DNA from: Octopus vulgaris
Taxonomy: Eukaryota
Length of the DNA: 64,000 nucleotides
NCBI GenBank assembly: GCA_951406725.2
Contig: OX597819.1
Location: 81,096,001 to 81,160,000, forward strand
Reading direction: 5' to 3'
Under the pieces are notes generated by a model. It was not told the DNA's origin. It made no database searches and saw nothing but the letters and a program-made list of their open reading frames with translations. Below, piece by piece: positions 38,954 through 52,501 of the stretch. Numbering within the stretch: the first letter of the stretch is position 1; each line of letters starts with the position of its first letter. The position numbers and the translations under genes are program-made.

Positions 38954-39604
38954 GGGTTTATCATAGCAGCTCAAGATCAATGCCTACCAACAAGAAACTA
39001 CCAGGCCAACATATTAAAGAACGGCAGTAGCCCAACATGTCGTGTATGCCGACAACAAAATGAAACCATTGACCATGTTGTCTCCAAATGCAGTCTTCTA
39101 GCGCCTACGGAGTACCTCAGTAGGCATGATAGAGCTGCACAATATATTCACTGGGTAATTTGCAAAAACCTGGATTTGCCCCATGAAAAAAACTGGTGGG
39201 AACACAATCCACCTCCTGTGCTTGAAAATGACCACATCTCACTCTTCTGGAACTTCACCATTCAAACTGACAGGAAGATAGATGCAAATAGGCCAGACAT
39301 TATATTGAAGGACTTCAGACAAAGAACATGCCTCCTCATTGATATGACTGTCCCAATCGATATAAACGTATCTGTCAAGACCTACCAAAAATTGAGCAAA
39401 TATAAAGATCTTGAAATAGAAATCAGCAAAATGTGGAAGCTGAAGACTAAAACAATACCTGTTGTCATAGGTGCCCTGGGAATGATAGCGAAAGGGACTG
39501 ATTGCTATCTAACTCAGATACCAGGAAACCCCAAAATGGCAGAAATTCAAAAGATAGTGCTCATGGGAACTGCTCATATCCTACGCAAAATACTCTCTAT
39601 GTAA
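38954..39604 (+). CDS. C-terminal CCHC knuckle plus restriction-like endonuclease of an R4/Dong LINE (partial)
   Basis: GFIIAAQDQCLPTRNY, CRVC...ETIDHVVSKC, YLSRHD, NRPDIIL...LIDMTVP, KLSKYKDL, PVVIGALG. The frame is uninterrupted. Confidence 0.88.
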   Translation, partial: GFIIAAQDQCLPTRNYQANILKNGSSPTCRVCRQQNETIDHVVSKCSLLAPTEYLSRHDRAAQYIHWVICKNLDLPHEKNWWEHNPPPVLENDHISLFWNFTIQTDRKIDANRPDIILKDFRQRTCLLIDMTVPIDINVSVKTYQKLSKYKDLEIEISKMWKLKTKTIPVVIGALGMIAKGTDCYLTQIPGNPKMAEIQKIVLMGTAHILRKILSM

Positions 39605-39810
39605 TCCCAAGGTTTAAAACAAACTTTTTTTAAAATTTTTTATTATTTTTTTTTATGTATTAGACATTCCCTAGTACAACACCAAAAAAAAAAGAAGGGG
39701 AAAAAACCCCCCAAATATATGGCACAGAACTTCCAGCCTGTTGTCTCTTGAGGTCTCTGGGTGAGACTTGGAGCCAACTTGTACAGACATAAAGCAAAAG
39801 TCAAACATAG
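38954..39810 (+). mobile_element. 5'-truncated R4/Dong-clade LINE inserted in (TAA)n
   Basis: Flanked by (TAA)n on both sides. Open frame to a stop at 39604, then about 200 bp of 3' UTR. Confidence 0.85.
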
Positions 39811-39839
<29 letters not shown>

Positions 39840-39843
<4 letters not shown>

Positions 39844-39977
39844 CAGCAACATCGAAAAATACCTTAGGAATGAGAATCCAGGTTCGGAATTTCCCCAAGA
39901 CACCTTATGTAGGCTGGAGGATATATCAGCCGAAACGTTGTGTTAACAACAAACAACATGAGGACAAATATCCATCA
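39840..39977 (+). mobile_element. Second, inverted copy of the hammerhead repeat seen at 38566-38682
   Basis: ACAC-CTTATGT-A-GGCTG-GAGGATATAT-CAGCC-GAAA-CG-TT-GTGT at 39900-39943. Confidence 0.75.
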
Positions 39978-40052
39978 AGACACCAGAAGCAAAAATAAGG
40001 AATATACACGCACAGTTAAATATAGAAGTGTAAAGTATAATTTGCTACATAA

Positions 40053-40110
40053 TCTCTATAATAAACATGATACTGAATGGAATAAGTACCAGTTTGAAAT
40101 TTATTAATTA

Positions 40111-40183
<73 letters not shown>

Positions 40184-42587
40184 GAAATCTACGGATGCAC
40201 AAACGCACAAAACGGAGAAAATGAAACAAATATGGATGACTTGTTCCGAAACACTCACGAGTGGTGAACAGTTCTCAAAAACTACTCAGAGTGCTACTAT
40301 CTAAGGCTTCTATTACACCATGTCAAGAGACCCATATCATTTACAGCCTTACGTACGGTTGATAACACAGTATGCTGAACATATCGCCAGGCTTGCCGTC
40401 ACAGAGGCCTTCTGGAAGATGATGCATACTGGGATGCCACTCTGACAGAGGCACAAATGTGCAAGTCTCCTATGCAGATCTTCTCCATCATGCTGGTGAA
40501 CTGTGGATTGTCAAGTCCAAATCAACTTTGGTACAAAACAAGGAGGGACTTTCTGAAGACATTTTTCAAAGAATCCAGTATCAGTGTGACGATGATGTCA
40601 CGTTCTAATTTTCAACGAGGCATTAATATTAATAGGTTCAATCACTGGGCAAAAACAAACTCGAAATCTATGATCTTCCAGTTCCTGTCAGAGATGTTCA
40701 ACACAGATTAGCACAAGAGCTAATCAGGGAACCATCATATAACATGGAAAGTTTGCAAGCAGTTGTCAATGAAAAGGAACCAATTCTGGTACAGGATCAA
40801 AAGGAGCTATACTGGCAAGTTCTTACATCTGTGGACAATAACACTGGTGGGGGGCCTTCTTCCTAGAGGCTCCTGGAGACACAGGAAATACATTATTGAT
40901 CAACCTGCTCTTTGCTAAGGTAAGACAGAAGAAGAAGATTGCTTTGGCTGTTGCATCTTCTGGAATTGCAGCCACACTCCTAACAGGTAGAAGAACAGCC
41001 AATTCAACATTCAAACTGCCTCTGAACCTCATCCAAAATTAATCTCCTTTATGCAACATATCCAAGAATACAGCATTAACAAAGCTCCTTATATATGCCA
41101 AACTCGTTGCCTGGGATGAGGCAACAATGTTCCATAAGGTAGCCTTTGAAGCACCTGATGCAACACTACAAGACTTCAGAAAAAATAAGATCATGGGTGG
41201 TGTTGCTCTCCTTATGGCTGGTGACTTCAGGCAAAAGCTGCCTCTCATTCCCAGAGGAACAAAGGCTGATGAACTGAGAACTTGTATCAAGTCATCATAT
41301 ATCTGGCAACATGTCAAGCAGCTTACTCTGACAACCAACATGAGGGTTTACATTCATGGTCACCCGTTAGGCGCACAGTTCTCCAACAACTTACTTGACA
41401 TTGGAAATGGAAAACTTCCACAAGATCCAGAAGATAGTCTGCACCACCTCCCATGTGGCAATATGGCTGCCTCCTTTGAAGACCTGAAGAGCAAGGTGTT
41501 TTCAAACATTGCCACAAACTATAAAAATCACAAGTGGCTATGTGAAAGAACAATTCTGGCACCAAGGAATGATGCTGTAGACAAGCTGAATCTAAATTTG
41601 CTATCTCAGCTTCCAGGACCTGAATATTCATATAGATCAATGGACTCTGTCTCTGATCAAGAACAAGCAACGCATTACCCAGTGGAGTTCCTCAATTCAC
41701 TTCACCCACAAGGATTTTCCCCACACATTCTGATCATGAAAACAGGCGCGCCTATAATGCTATTAAGAAACCTTGATGTATCAAGGTTCTGCAATGGAAC
41801 AAGGTTGGTTGTTAAAACAGCCATACCCCATGTGCTGGAAGCAACAATAATTACAGGCAACATGATGGGTGAGAATATATTCATTCCAAGGATACCTCTC
41901 ATCTCAAATGATCTCCCCTTTCAGTTCAAGAGACTACAGTTTCCTGTCAAACTGAGCTTTGCAATGTCTACCAACAAAGCACTAGGTCAATCTCTAAAGG
42001 TGGTGGGACTTAACCTCCTTCAACCTTGCTTCTCACATGGTCAGCTGTATGTTGGATGTTCTAGAGTTGGAGATGAAAAGAACCTCTACATTCTCAGTGA
42101 TAAACATGGCAAGACAGAAAACACAGTATATGAAGAAGCATTTACATGAATAGTAGGTCCATGTCATATACAAAAGTGTAAAACCATTGAGTGTTAAAGT
42201 ATTACTATTACACTTTCACTTTTCGACTGACATGCGTGAACGTATATCTGTGTGTATAAAAGTGAAAAAATTACATGATATATTCGCTGTGTGTATGTGT
42301 GTGTGGGTGTGTGTATTCTACGCGCAACCTTTCATTGTTTATAATCTGTACTTGTTTTTTGGTTACGAAATAAGTTAGACAAACGTGTTTTTACTTTATA
42401 TACATATATGAGTTGAAAACTTTCTTTCCACCTTTCACTTAACGTCTATGTTCCAGGCTAGCATGGGTTGCAGAGTTATGTAGAAAGTTGGTATCTCAAC
42501 TACTAGCAGTTGAGACCTACATAATCTAGACGGTGTTCTTAAATATCATTATTTTTTAAACCCAGGCAACGCCGGGTATTTCTGCTA

Positions 42588-42588
<1 letters not shown>
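40053..42588 (+). mobile_element. Internally deleted Helitron
   Basis: 3' hairpin CCCAGGC-AAC-GCCGGG then CTAG|T at 42585-42589. RepHel coding remnant inside. The 5' end A|TCTCTATAAT at 40053 is tentative. Confidence 0.8.
40290..42149 (+). pseudogene. Helitron RepHel: inter-domain region and Pif1-family helicase
   Basis: YYLRLLLHHV, RGLLEDDAYWDATL, FLEAPGDTGNTLLINLL (degenerate Walker A), AVASSGIAATLL, WDEATM, AGDFRQ, ILAPRN, LLRNL...CNGTRL, RLQFP..L.FAM..NK..GQ, FSHGQLYVGCSRV. Frameshifts lie upstream of 41041. Confidence 0.92.
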
Positions 42589-42633
<45 letters not shown>

Positions 42634-45600
42634 GTAACAGAGTTGTATGTATATATATATGTATGTATGTATATGTAACAGAGTTAGCGGTCTAAGAGAT
42701 ACTAGTATCCGTTCTTACTATGGGTATCATTTACCCATGCTATTCCTGGGCATGGGTATGCAAGCACACTATGCTCATAGGGTAGAAGTAAGAAAAGTTT
42801 ATGAGGAATCAAATTTAAATAAGCAGAAAATGGAGAAAACTTTTGATCAACAAACAAATTGACCAACATCGGTTGATTATTCTTTTATACAAAACATCAC
42901 AACATTTCTTACGGCCATTTCTGTTGCCAGTGTCAGTCGGTGCTTACGAAAGAAATTCCAAAAATAATATTCGCCATCTTCATAACACATTCAGTCTAGT
43001 ACATGTAGCTTCATCAGAGTGAATACAAATGCATAAAATAAACGAAGAGAAGATGGAAGAGGAAAGATCAGGGCTTCGAGATGAGGCCAGAAGGCTCAAT
43101 ATATTATAATCATACCATCTTGCAGCGTGGAGCTTGAAGTCGAAAGGCAAAAGAGTGAACTAGCAATGATCGAGGGAAATATTTATGGGCTATTTCTTTA
43201 TAAAAGGGAACCAGGATGTGTAAAAGGCAGTGAAATAAAACTAGTACTAAAATACAACCGGAATTACCAATATATCTAAAGAAAGAATAATACTTATGAT
43301 TTCGTAAATAGGGCTAATTAATACTTATCCAAAACCAAAAAAACTCTTCTTATTAGGTACTATATGCGATTAATTGGTCGTTTTCAGGCTTCCAAAGCAA
43401 TTACTGAGAATTAGTTTTTCGAAAGAGTCCTTTACACAAACCAAGACAGACATTTTTGTGACGCCAGGAAAAGACAACATCAAGCCCTTTGAACATTTCA
43501 TACTGGTAATATCTTCGCACTCGACAGCAGTAAAATACCAATATCAGTGAAAGACCAATTGGAAACTAGTAACCAATGAATCTATATTTCACAAAATGCG
43601 ATATCAATAAATTGTTGCTTTGAAATAGCGTCCACCATAAACTTTTGAAAGAAATTTTCAGTAAAGACATGAAAAATCAAAAAAATTACAAAATTTCAAA
43701 ATGAAAAGCGTTCTTTGTTGATTAATAGACCGGAATATTATTATCAATAGAAGAATTAAAGAGTTTTATAATTGATCTCTTGTTTAATGAGAATAGAATC
43801 ATAAATAGGACAATGAGCACTTAAAGGAAGATGACACATGAATTATCAATTTAAAGTAACATGCACCGAAGAGGCTGATGAAATAAAAAGCTCTTGATGG
43901 GTGAATGGCTCATCGGTTTCGATTGTTGGCAGAGTTAATTCTCTGTACATATTTTTAGTTGGAAATAATTTTTTATACATAAATGCAGTTAATGAAGGCA
44001 AGTATATTATGCAATTTCATTCACTTCCAACGTGTATTTGTGATTCACCATCTAAGTAAGACACTGTTTTTTTGCCGAACAGTTCTGTCGTGTTTTTAAC
44101 TGCAAATTTTTTTCTAGAAAGACAAGGAATAATTTACTTAGAATTAATTATCTTCTATGGTGTGTTGCAGTATTTCCATTAAACATTTCTTGTCAAACGT
44201 ATATATCTAAAGTATTTAGTTGGGGTAAATCATTAGATGAATTATTCAGAACGTTGATTGAGAGAACACATGTAGTACTAACTGCGTCTAAACTGATAAG
44301 ATTCGACCGGGTCAAAATGGTGTTACTACTTTTTCAAACAAAATATCAACAACACCGATCTATCTTACCTGGAAAAACCTTCAAAAGTCATGGTTCTCTC
44401 ATCATTCAACTTTATAAAATAATAAATATAAAAGGTCAGTACATTATGATAATATAAGACCACCTCTATCACATTTATAATTATGTCCTAACTATCTAAT
44501 GCCCATATTTATATTTAATATTAAGCTATATATTCGTTGAAAAACCCCAGCTTAATAATCTATTAATCTATTGATTCAGAATATCCCTACAGAAATTTCT
44601 TTTCGCATCCTTTTCACTCAGATAAAAGAATCTAGTGAAATTATCGTTGTAAATTAAGACAGAAAGCATTCCTTGCAACTGGAATGATACAAAATAATAG
44701 TACGGTATTGTTTCATGTCGTGTTTATTGATTTTATTAAATCTTTCCAACATACACAGAGAACATGTTTCGAATTCATAAAATTTAAACAAGCAAAGAAG
44801 TATGCAAATTTTAAGATGATGAAGTATGTTTAGAAAGATACACAAAACAGATAATTTTCTCAAATTGAGTAAGACCATAAAGTTTAATGTACTAAAAAAT
44901 CAGTCACCATGTACTTGATGATTAATATAACAAACTGTTGAAATAACAAAATAAAATAAATCTAAAGGTTGTTACTATTTATTGATAATGCTAGGAAAAT
45001 AAGTCGACAGCTCTCTGCATATATTCTGTTGCATGTATTGGTACATGTTTTATTGGAAAAAAAATTTTTTAATCCCTAAAAATTGTCAGTAAGACCAGTC
45101 TAGATGTCAAATGTCATACAGTTTTCTGTGTTTGATTTTCATTATGAACCCCACCGCCACAAAAAAAAAAAAAAAATCATCGTGTAATAGATGTAAAGCT
45201 GTAGTCACTACAATGTCTATGGAATAGATGAATGCTAACAATACCCCACTCATTTTAACTTATATTCTTTACCTTCATTCGTTTTACTTTAAGGTCCCTC
45301 GTGCATTTGCGAGATTCTTAAAATTTAAGGATAAAATAAGGAGCAAAACCATGTTATTTGATCAAGTTTATTTTTCTCGTGATTATAATGTGAAACACGT
45401 TTAGGGGTTGTTGATCTGTCTGCTAGTTTTAATCTTTTGCACAGTCTATTGTTCATGCTTGCTTTATATCCCACTGAAATTTGCATATTCCTTGATAGGT
45501 TCACACTGAATAATAACTCGAAACCAATCCGTATTCGAGTGTTAAGAAGAATGAAAAGAACTCAAACAATAAGTCATGCACACATTGGATTTTTGGGATA

Positions 45601-45865
45601 ATATTTATGACTTAAGCACTCGAAATTCGACAGCTATGCCCGGAACATGTACCTTTACAAAGGAATGTCAGACAGATTCTATTATTTTATCAACTCTCTA
45701 CTGTCATAATTTCATTTGGACGAAATATTATACAATGTCATTGTATTCTGACGATTAGCCCTGCCAACGAATTAATATGAATGTTAATACACTCACAAGA
45801 TTTCCATTTCAGAGAGATGTACAGACTCTAGGGTACGTTTCATGTATTCAAATATATCGAAATGA

Positions 45866-45920
<55 letters not shown>

Positions 45921-46455
45921 GATGGATGCATAAAAAGATATGAGTTCGCGCAAATACATACTTGATAACTACATACATATATGATAACTACATATATGAT
46001 AACTACATACATATACACACGCACAAACATACATGCATGCATACATATATATACATACATACGTACGTACATACGTACATACATACATGCATACATAATA
46101 CATACATACATGCATACATAGGAACGGAATTTGGCCAGAAGAAATCTTATTTAATTGTTGGACGGGGAAAATAGTTCCCCAGACACAAAACCTGTACTTC
46201 AATAGAGGTAGAATCAACATAAAAAGCACTCCATCCGGTGGAGCTTGTCCACTTGACCAGGTGTATATGATAAACTCCGTTATATACGAGGCTGAAGTTA
46301 AATATATATAACGCATAAACAGGACCTGAAAGATTGCTTTAAGATACATGGCGTACTTTATAAATATGCCTGTTCAAGTATCATCAAAATATGAAACTAT
46401 TAGTAGCTCTTTCCATTGTGTATTTAAATTGATATGTGTGAGTGTGTGTGTGTAC

Positions 46456-46487
<32 letters not shown>

Positions 46488-47929
46488 TTATATGTATAAA
46501 TATATTTATAAGTAAATGTATATATATGAAGGAGAAATAGAAAGACATAAAGTCAAAGGTATATTGGAGATGAAAATGATTGAGAGACGTGTCTCTAATT
46601 ACAATCTATGAAATACGTATATCTTTAACAGAAAGCTTAGAAATAATTCTCATATATTAAAGCAATTCTCATATATTAATGATAAACAACTTTATGGTAC
46701 GTAAGTAAAGGACATTGAATAAATAATCCACGCTTTTCTTTTAAGTTTTTTTTTATCCATACCGCAGATATTGATTTCTTATATCAGTGCAAGTTCTTAG
46801 ATTTATACCAGACTATAAATAATAGTATGTGGTGGCATGTTGTTCTCAAATTGATACAGAATTGTTTCAAGAATTGAGACCGAGTCATAGGGTCGGCTCG
46901 TGTAAGCTTGTTTTGCTATTCTTATTGTTGTTTAGCCCCAGATCAGCCCTGATGGAACAAACGTACATTGAAAAGCTTTCCAGATCTATTTGGATCTGCG
47001 TATTTGAGATTACATTATTCAATGCCTATACTTTCTCAAAACAGTAGGATGCAATTTGAGCAAAGTTTGGCTGGCTATTAACTGCAGATCAAGCGATCAT
47101 ATAACGGTTCCTTTATTGACCATTACAAAAACTTATCTTTTACGCAGTTGTATTATTTCTTATAGAAAATCAATGAACCTATGCTGTCAAAAGAAAAAAA
47201 ATGCGTGTGTAAATCTATATATATATTGCTATTGTTGTTATAAAGGTCGATTTTTAGCTGATTTAACTCAATAGCTATTAAATTTTCAATGAATGTTTAA
47301 AAATTTATAATTTCTATTTAAAAACAAAAATGGCTGCAATAACTCTGTTATTTAAGTTCATTAAAAGTTCTTAAACATAATTAATGAAAGTCTTATTTCG
47401 TCTCAGATATCAGTTATGAGGTCAATCTCCATTTGTTTTAATCAACGTGTGTGTTTGACCCTAACCTGCAAGAAATAGTAAGTAATTATTCCCCATGTAA
47501 CACTCTAGTGTCTTACAGTAAAAGACTCCATTGCGTAAAACGATTCAAAGTGCAATATCTCAGGTTGGATACGGCTGAAATGACTTTGATCACATGACTT
47601 TTTGATCAGGGATTATATGGAAGTATGCAACAATAATGACAGCCAACATGTGCTATAGAGTAGAAATTACTCTTAGCCAACTGAGTCCCTAGTTTTCCAT
47701 ATGTCGCAGCAATTTTAACTCTACTTACCTTGATTTTATATGATTAAGTTAATTTCCAATTTTTCAGTTTTCAGAAACACGTTGCTGAAAATGGATGCTC
47801 AACACACCAACGTATTATAACATTTGAAATACCTCGCCCTAAATATACAATCATATACAAATCATATAAAGCTTCATACCAGTATTTCCATGCAAAATAA
47901 AGAATTAAATGTTTGAGTTGAGTTGTTTT

Positions 47930-48340
47930 ATCTATGAATTGTTTCAGACATTGAACTGCGGCTATTCTGGGGCATCACCTTGTAGAGTTTTAGTGGAACA
48001 AATCAACTTAAGTACTCATTTCTGTTTTAAATCTGGTAACACATTCTGTCGTTCTTTTAGGCCGAACCACGAATTTAAGGAGATGTAAACAAACTAAAAC
48101 TCGTTGCCAAACGCTCGGGGACAAACTGATACAAAAGCACACACACATACACACACACGTACACGCACACACATACACACACATATACGACGAACTTTAG
48201 CTCAATTTCGCTCTCACATGACTTTGATCGGTCCATTGATATAGTAGAAGGTATTTGCCTAAGGTGCCACGCAGTGGGATTGAACCCGAGACTTTGTGAT
48301 TGCTAAGCGAGTTTCTTAACTACACAGCCACGTCTGCGCC
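47930..48340 (-). mobile_element. SINE family B (older, full length)
   Basis: TTGCCTAAGGTGCCACGCAGTGGGATTGAACCC head region and an internal (CA)n. Confidence 0.75.
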
Positions 48341-48534
48341 TATATGTCTAATAAAACTAAATATTTTTTTTTTTTAGATTTTTAGCCATATACGTAAAGC
48401 TGAAATATTTAATAACCGTGTTCCATCAGGGACCGGGATATTGTAAATTACTAGTGTAGCAAATATACTATTTATATGATTGAGTATTTTGGGTCAAATA
48501 TTTGAAAGCTTAATATTAAGATTTTGTGTAAGGG

Positions 48535-50650
48535 TGGAGAGTTGGTGGAATCGTTAACATACCTACAAAATGTTTAGCAACGTTTCTTTCGGCTCTATAT
48601 TCTGAGTCCAAATTCCGTCGAGATCGACTTTGTCTCTCATCCTTTCGGTGTCGATAAAATAAGAACTAGTTGCGCACTGGGGTCAACTAACCTCTTCCCC
48701 CAAAACATCAGGCCTTGTGCCTATAGTAGAAAGGAATATTAAGTTAGTCTGCCAAGTATACAAGTCTGTGATGGGTTAATATTTATTCTGTTTAAGTCCA
48801 CTTTTGTGTAGAGGTAAATACTAAAACTAAAGTTTCGTTTGAGAAGATGAGACTGACAATCCGAAATTATAATCTCAAAATATAAAATACTCAAGTATTT
48901 TAATCGACACCAGTGCTCAACTGATGCATATTTTATCGACCCCAAATAAACGAACTACGAATGTAACGAGCCGGAATAAATGCCGCTAAGCCTCGGCCAG
49001 GTCATCGCCTTGTTCAAAGATCACAAAATAAATTCTAATAGGCACCATAAATCACATTTTGAATTCATCATTTTAGCCTCTCTACTTCCCTTACGCTACT
49101 TAGGTCTCTACAAAAAGACATGTATATCACAGGGCCCATTTCAGTTCAAAATTAAATAGTTGTTGAGAAATCAATATATTCTATGAAGAAGCGGATTGGA
49201 GTTAATCGAAGTAGTAGCAGAAAAAAAGAATTTGTTCTGGGTTTTTCACATTGTGAATTAAAATCCCGCCAATGTTAACTTTACCTTTCAGGGTCGATAA
49301 AACACTGTACAAGTCAACTACTAGAATTCCAAAAGTTCGAGGACTGGCTGAATCATTATAACCTCGGATAAAATGGTTTGCGTTACTTACAGCTTTTTAT
49401 ATTCAAGTTTCAAATCCCGCCCATTTGACATCATAATTTACATCCTATTGTAAGGCTAAAGAAAAGGCGGTAAGCTGGCAGAATCGTTAGCGCGCCGGAC
49501 AAAATGCTTAGCGGTATTTCGTCTGCCGTTACGTTCTGAGTTCAAATTCTGCCAAGGTTGACTTTACCTTTCATCCTTTTGGGGTCGATAAATAAAGTAC
49601 CAGTACTGACTGGGGTCGATGTAATCGACTTAATCCGTTTGTCTGTCATTGTTTGTCCTCTCTGTGTTTATCCTCTTGTGGTTAGTAAACAAATAGAATC
49701 GTTAGTGCACCGGGCAATATGCTCAATGGCATTTTTTCAGAACCATTACGTTCTCATTTCAAATCCCACTGAGCGCGACTTGCTTTTCATGCTTCTAGAA
49801 TCTGTAAAATAAGTATCAGTGAATACTGCGGCTAATGCAATTGACTACTCCCTCCAACTAAATTTCAGGCCTTGTGCCTATATTAGAAATGATTATTAGG
49901 ATAAGTTTGGTTGAGTCAGTAAATAGCAGACAAATAACGCGTCTCTATGTTTTGAGTTCAAATTCTGACGCGTTTGTCTTTTTGTCATCTTTAGTGTTCA
50001 ATAATATAAGTACCAAAAACTAATTTATCCGTTTAATGGACCACATAAACTTCTTCCAAAATGTTCGGACCTGTGCCTATGTGATAAATTGTTATTTGTG
50101 TAGAAAAGCGACCTGTATTTAAATTCTACTCGGTCCGATTTTTCCTAGAACCACTCAAGTACTGGGGCCGATTTAATTGACTACAGCCTCTCCTGCCCAG
50201 CAAATTGTAACTTTGTTCCATTGCAAGAAACCTTTATAAGTTCTGTAATTTTTTCAAGCTGGAAAAACATTGGAGTGTTGGAAAAATGCTTTGCGGTGTT
50301 TGTTCTGTCTCTTTTCACATTCAAATTTCAATCATCACTGAGATTAACATTGCCTTTTCTCGTTGTAAGAATAGATCAAAAAGAAAATACCAATCAAGGT
50401 TCACAGCGTCGACAAAACCTTACTCCTCAGGAAAAAGTTGACCTTGTGCCTAAATTAGAAAAAAACTACTTGTTATCGTTAGAGAGTTGTACCCTGGCTT
50501 TTTACGTTCTGATTTCAAAATCCACTGAAATGAATTATATATTTCATCCTTTCAATGGTCGAATAAATAAAGAGCCGGTCAAGTACTATGTTAATAGTAT
50601 TGACTTAGCCATCCTTACCCCATTCCTCGAAAGATTTCTGACCCCCTAAC
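48535..50650 (+). mobile_element. Cluster of SINE family A copies of varying age (best copy 49465-49695)
   Basis: Multiple cores and GGCCTTGTGCCTA tails. Confidence 0.7.
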
Positions 50651-52268
50651 TATGCTAGAAACAATTATTATTGGTACAGCTTTTGTTGTTGCTGCTGGTG
50701 CTGTTACTGTTGTTGTAGCACCCGCAACTTTATTATATGTATGTTATACGTTATTAACATACATTTTTGGATATTCATAACAATAAAACACGAGTCATGT
50801 TGCGAGAAAAGAAGTTATTATATTTGCTATTGAATTGCTGCGAACTTTGCTGTAAATTTTTGCCGGTCAACAACCAGCAGCGACACCAAGAAATAGATTG
50901 AAACAAGAATGATTGACACTGATAAGAATTAGAAAGAGAAGAACTGAGAAATTCCTAATAGAAAACCAATGTCTCGTGTTTTCTTGCCAGAAGCAAAACT
51001 CTAAAACTGCACAGCGTTTCTCTCATTGAAAGATGGTGGGACTAGCTTTCTGACTGTTGATGACTGGTAATGTTTTCAACTCTGAGCACTATATTATGAC
51101 ATTGCTTATATAGCCTTTAGGGCACATCATGGGAACAACCTTTTCACAGCTGCTGTTACTGCTTTTGCTCTTTTGTTGGTGGGAATGATGCTTTTAACTC
51201 TGTTTATCCTGCTGATACCTTCCAACGCCAAAACATTAACAAACATAATCACAAACATATATACATATATAATTACATAATTATGTGCATACAAAAATGT
51301 AAACATTTGCATATGTTTAAATAGACAATATACACTTCTAGAAATATGCATACACAGCACTTAATTACATCTTTAGCTAACCACTATCACTATACTCAGA
51401 CTCGACAGCACGTCTTACGAAAATATGTCCATAAGCAAGAAGTATACAAATAACAAGCATACACAAGAATAACTATACTTCTTGAATATAGTTACATATA
51501 ATTTATTGAAACATATCCTCCATTTTTGTTGCTGGTTTTGTAGTCCCTTAGCTGCTATTTCTCCAGATATGAGTAATTCTCGAAGAAGCCTTCACAATGT
51601 TTTGACCAACCGCTGTTTTTATCAATAATTTGTTTTAAAAAAAACAAGGAGAAGGTAAGACAAAAATTTAATTCATGTGAATTTATTATGAATGTATTGA
51701 ATTATGATGTACAATATGTATACATTTAAACACCTAGTAAAATATTTTATGAAGAGATATTCAATCCGCAATTATGAAATATCTCCAAAATCCCGGGACA
51801 GTCATAATGACCATTATTTTACATTAATTTCTTCTATCCTTCATTATAATTAAATGTTAGTTTGTAGTTGGTGAAGTTCCCTATAATGCGCAACTTAGGC
51901 TGTTTAGAAAGATTGGGATTATGATATGAACGACAATGGTAGTTAATAAAATGCTGTAAATTCTTTTAGTAAAATTTTAGGGAATTCTAAATACAGGTAT
52001 GTAGCAGGAATAATAGGCAGAGTCTCAAGCACCTAGGAATTGAATCCAGATTGGTACATTCCAACGACGAAGATTTTGTTAGAGACTGATGACGTCGGTT
52101 AACCATTGATTAATCTCTGGCAGAGAGCGTTGTACCAGTACGAACGCCATTCGTTCAGTTATTGACGATGTCAGCAAAACAATGATCACTGGGACCTCTG
52201 TAAAACAGGATGTCGTCAACAAATTGACTTTTTGTGTGATATTCCCTTGACAGAAACAAACTCTATAT

Positions 52269-52501
52269 GAAGGCGGCGAACTGGCAGAAACGGTAGCACG
52301 CCGGGCGAAATGAGTAGCCGTATTTCGTCTGCCGTTACGTTCTGAGTTCAAATTCCGCCGAGGTCGACTTTGCCTTTCATCCTTTCGGGGTCGATAAATT
52401 AAGTACCAGTTACGCACTGGGGTCGATATAATCGACTTAATCCCTTTGTCAATCCTTGTTTGTCCCCTCTATGTTCAACCCCTGTGGGCAATAAAGAAAT
52501 A
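52269..52501 (+). mobile_element. Young SINE family A with 17-bp TSD
   Basis: AGAAACAAACTCTATAT at 52252-52268 and 52502-52518. Confidence 0.9.

Noticed and set aside
41127-42149. 340-aa ORF as host PIF1 gene
   Set aside because: Intronless, upstream frameshifts, degenerate Walker A and a Helitron 3' terminus downstream.
42895-43025. CTGATGA...GAAATGTT on the minus strand as a hammerhead
   Set aside because: No convincing helix II and helix I is out of register.
50980-51075. Possible exon between TTTTCTTGCCAG and GTAATG
   Set aside because: Stop codons in all three frames.
52271-52360. tRNA-like A/B boxes in SINE heads as tRNA genes
   Set aside because: No complete cloverleaf is visible, and they continue into SINE bodies with TSDs.
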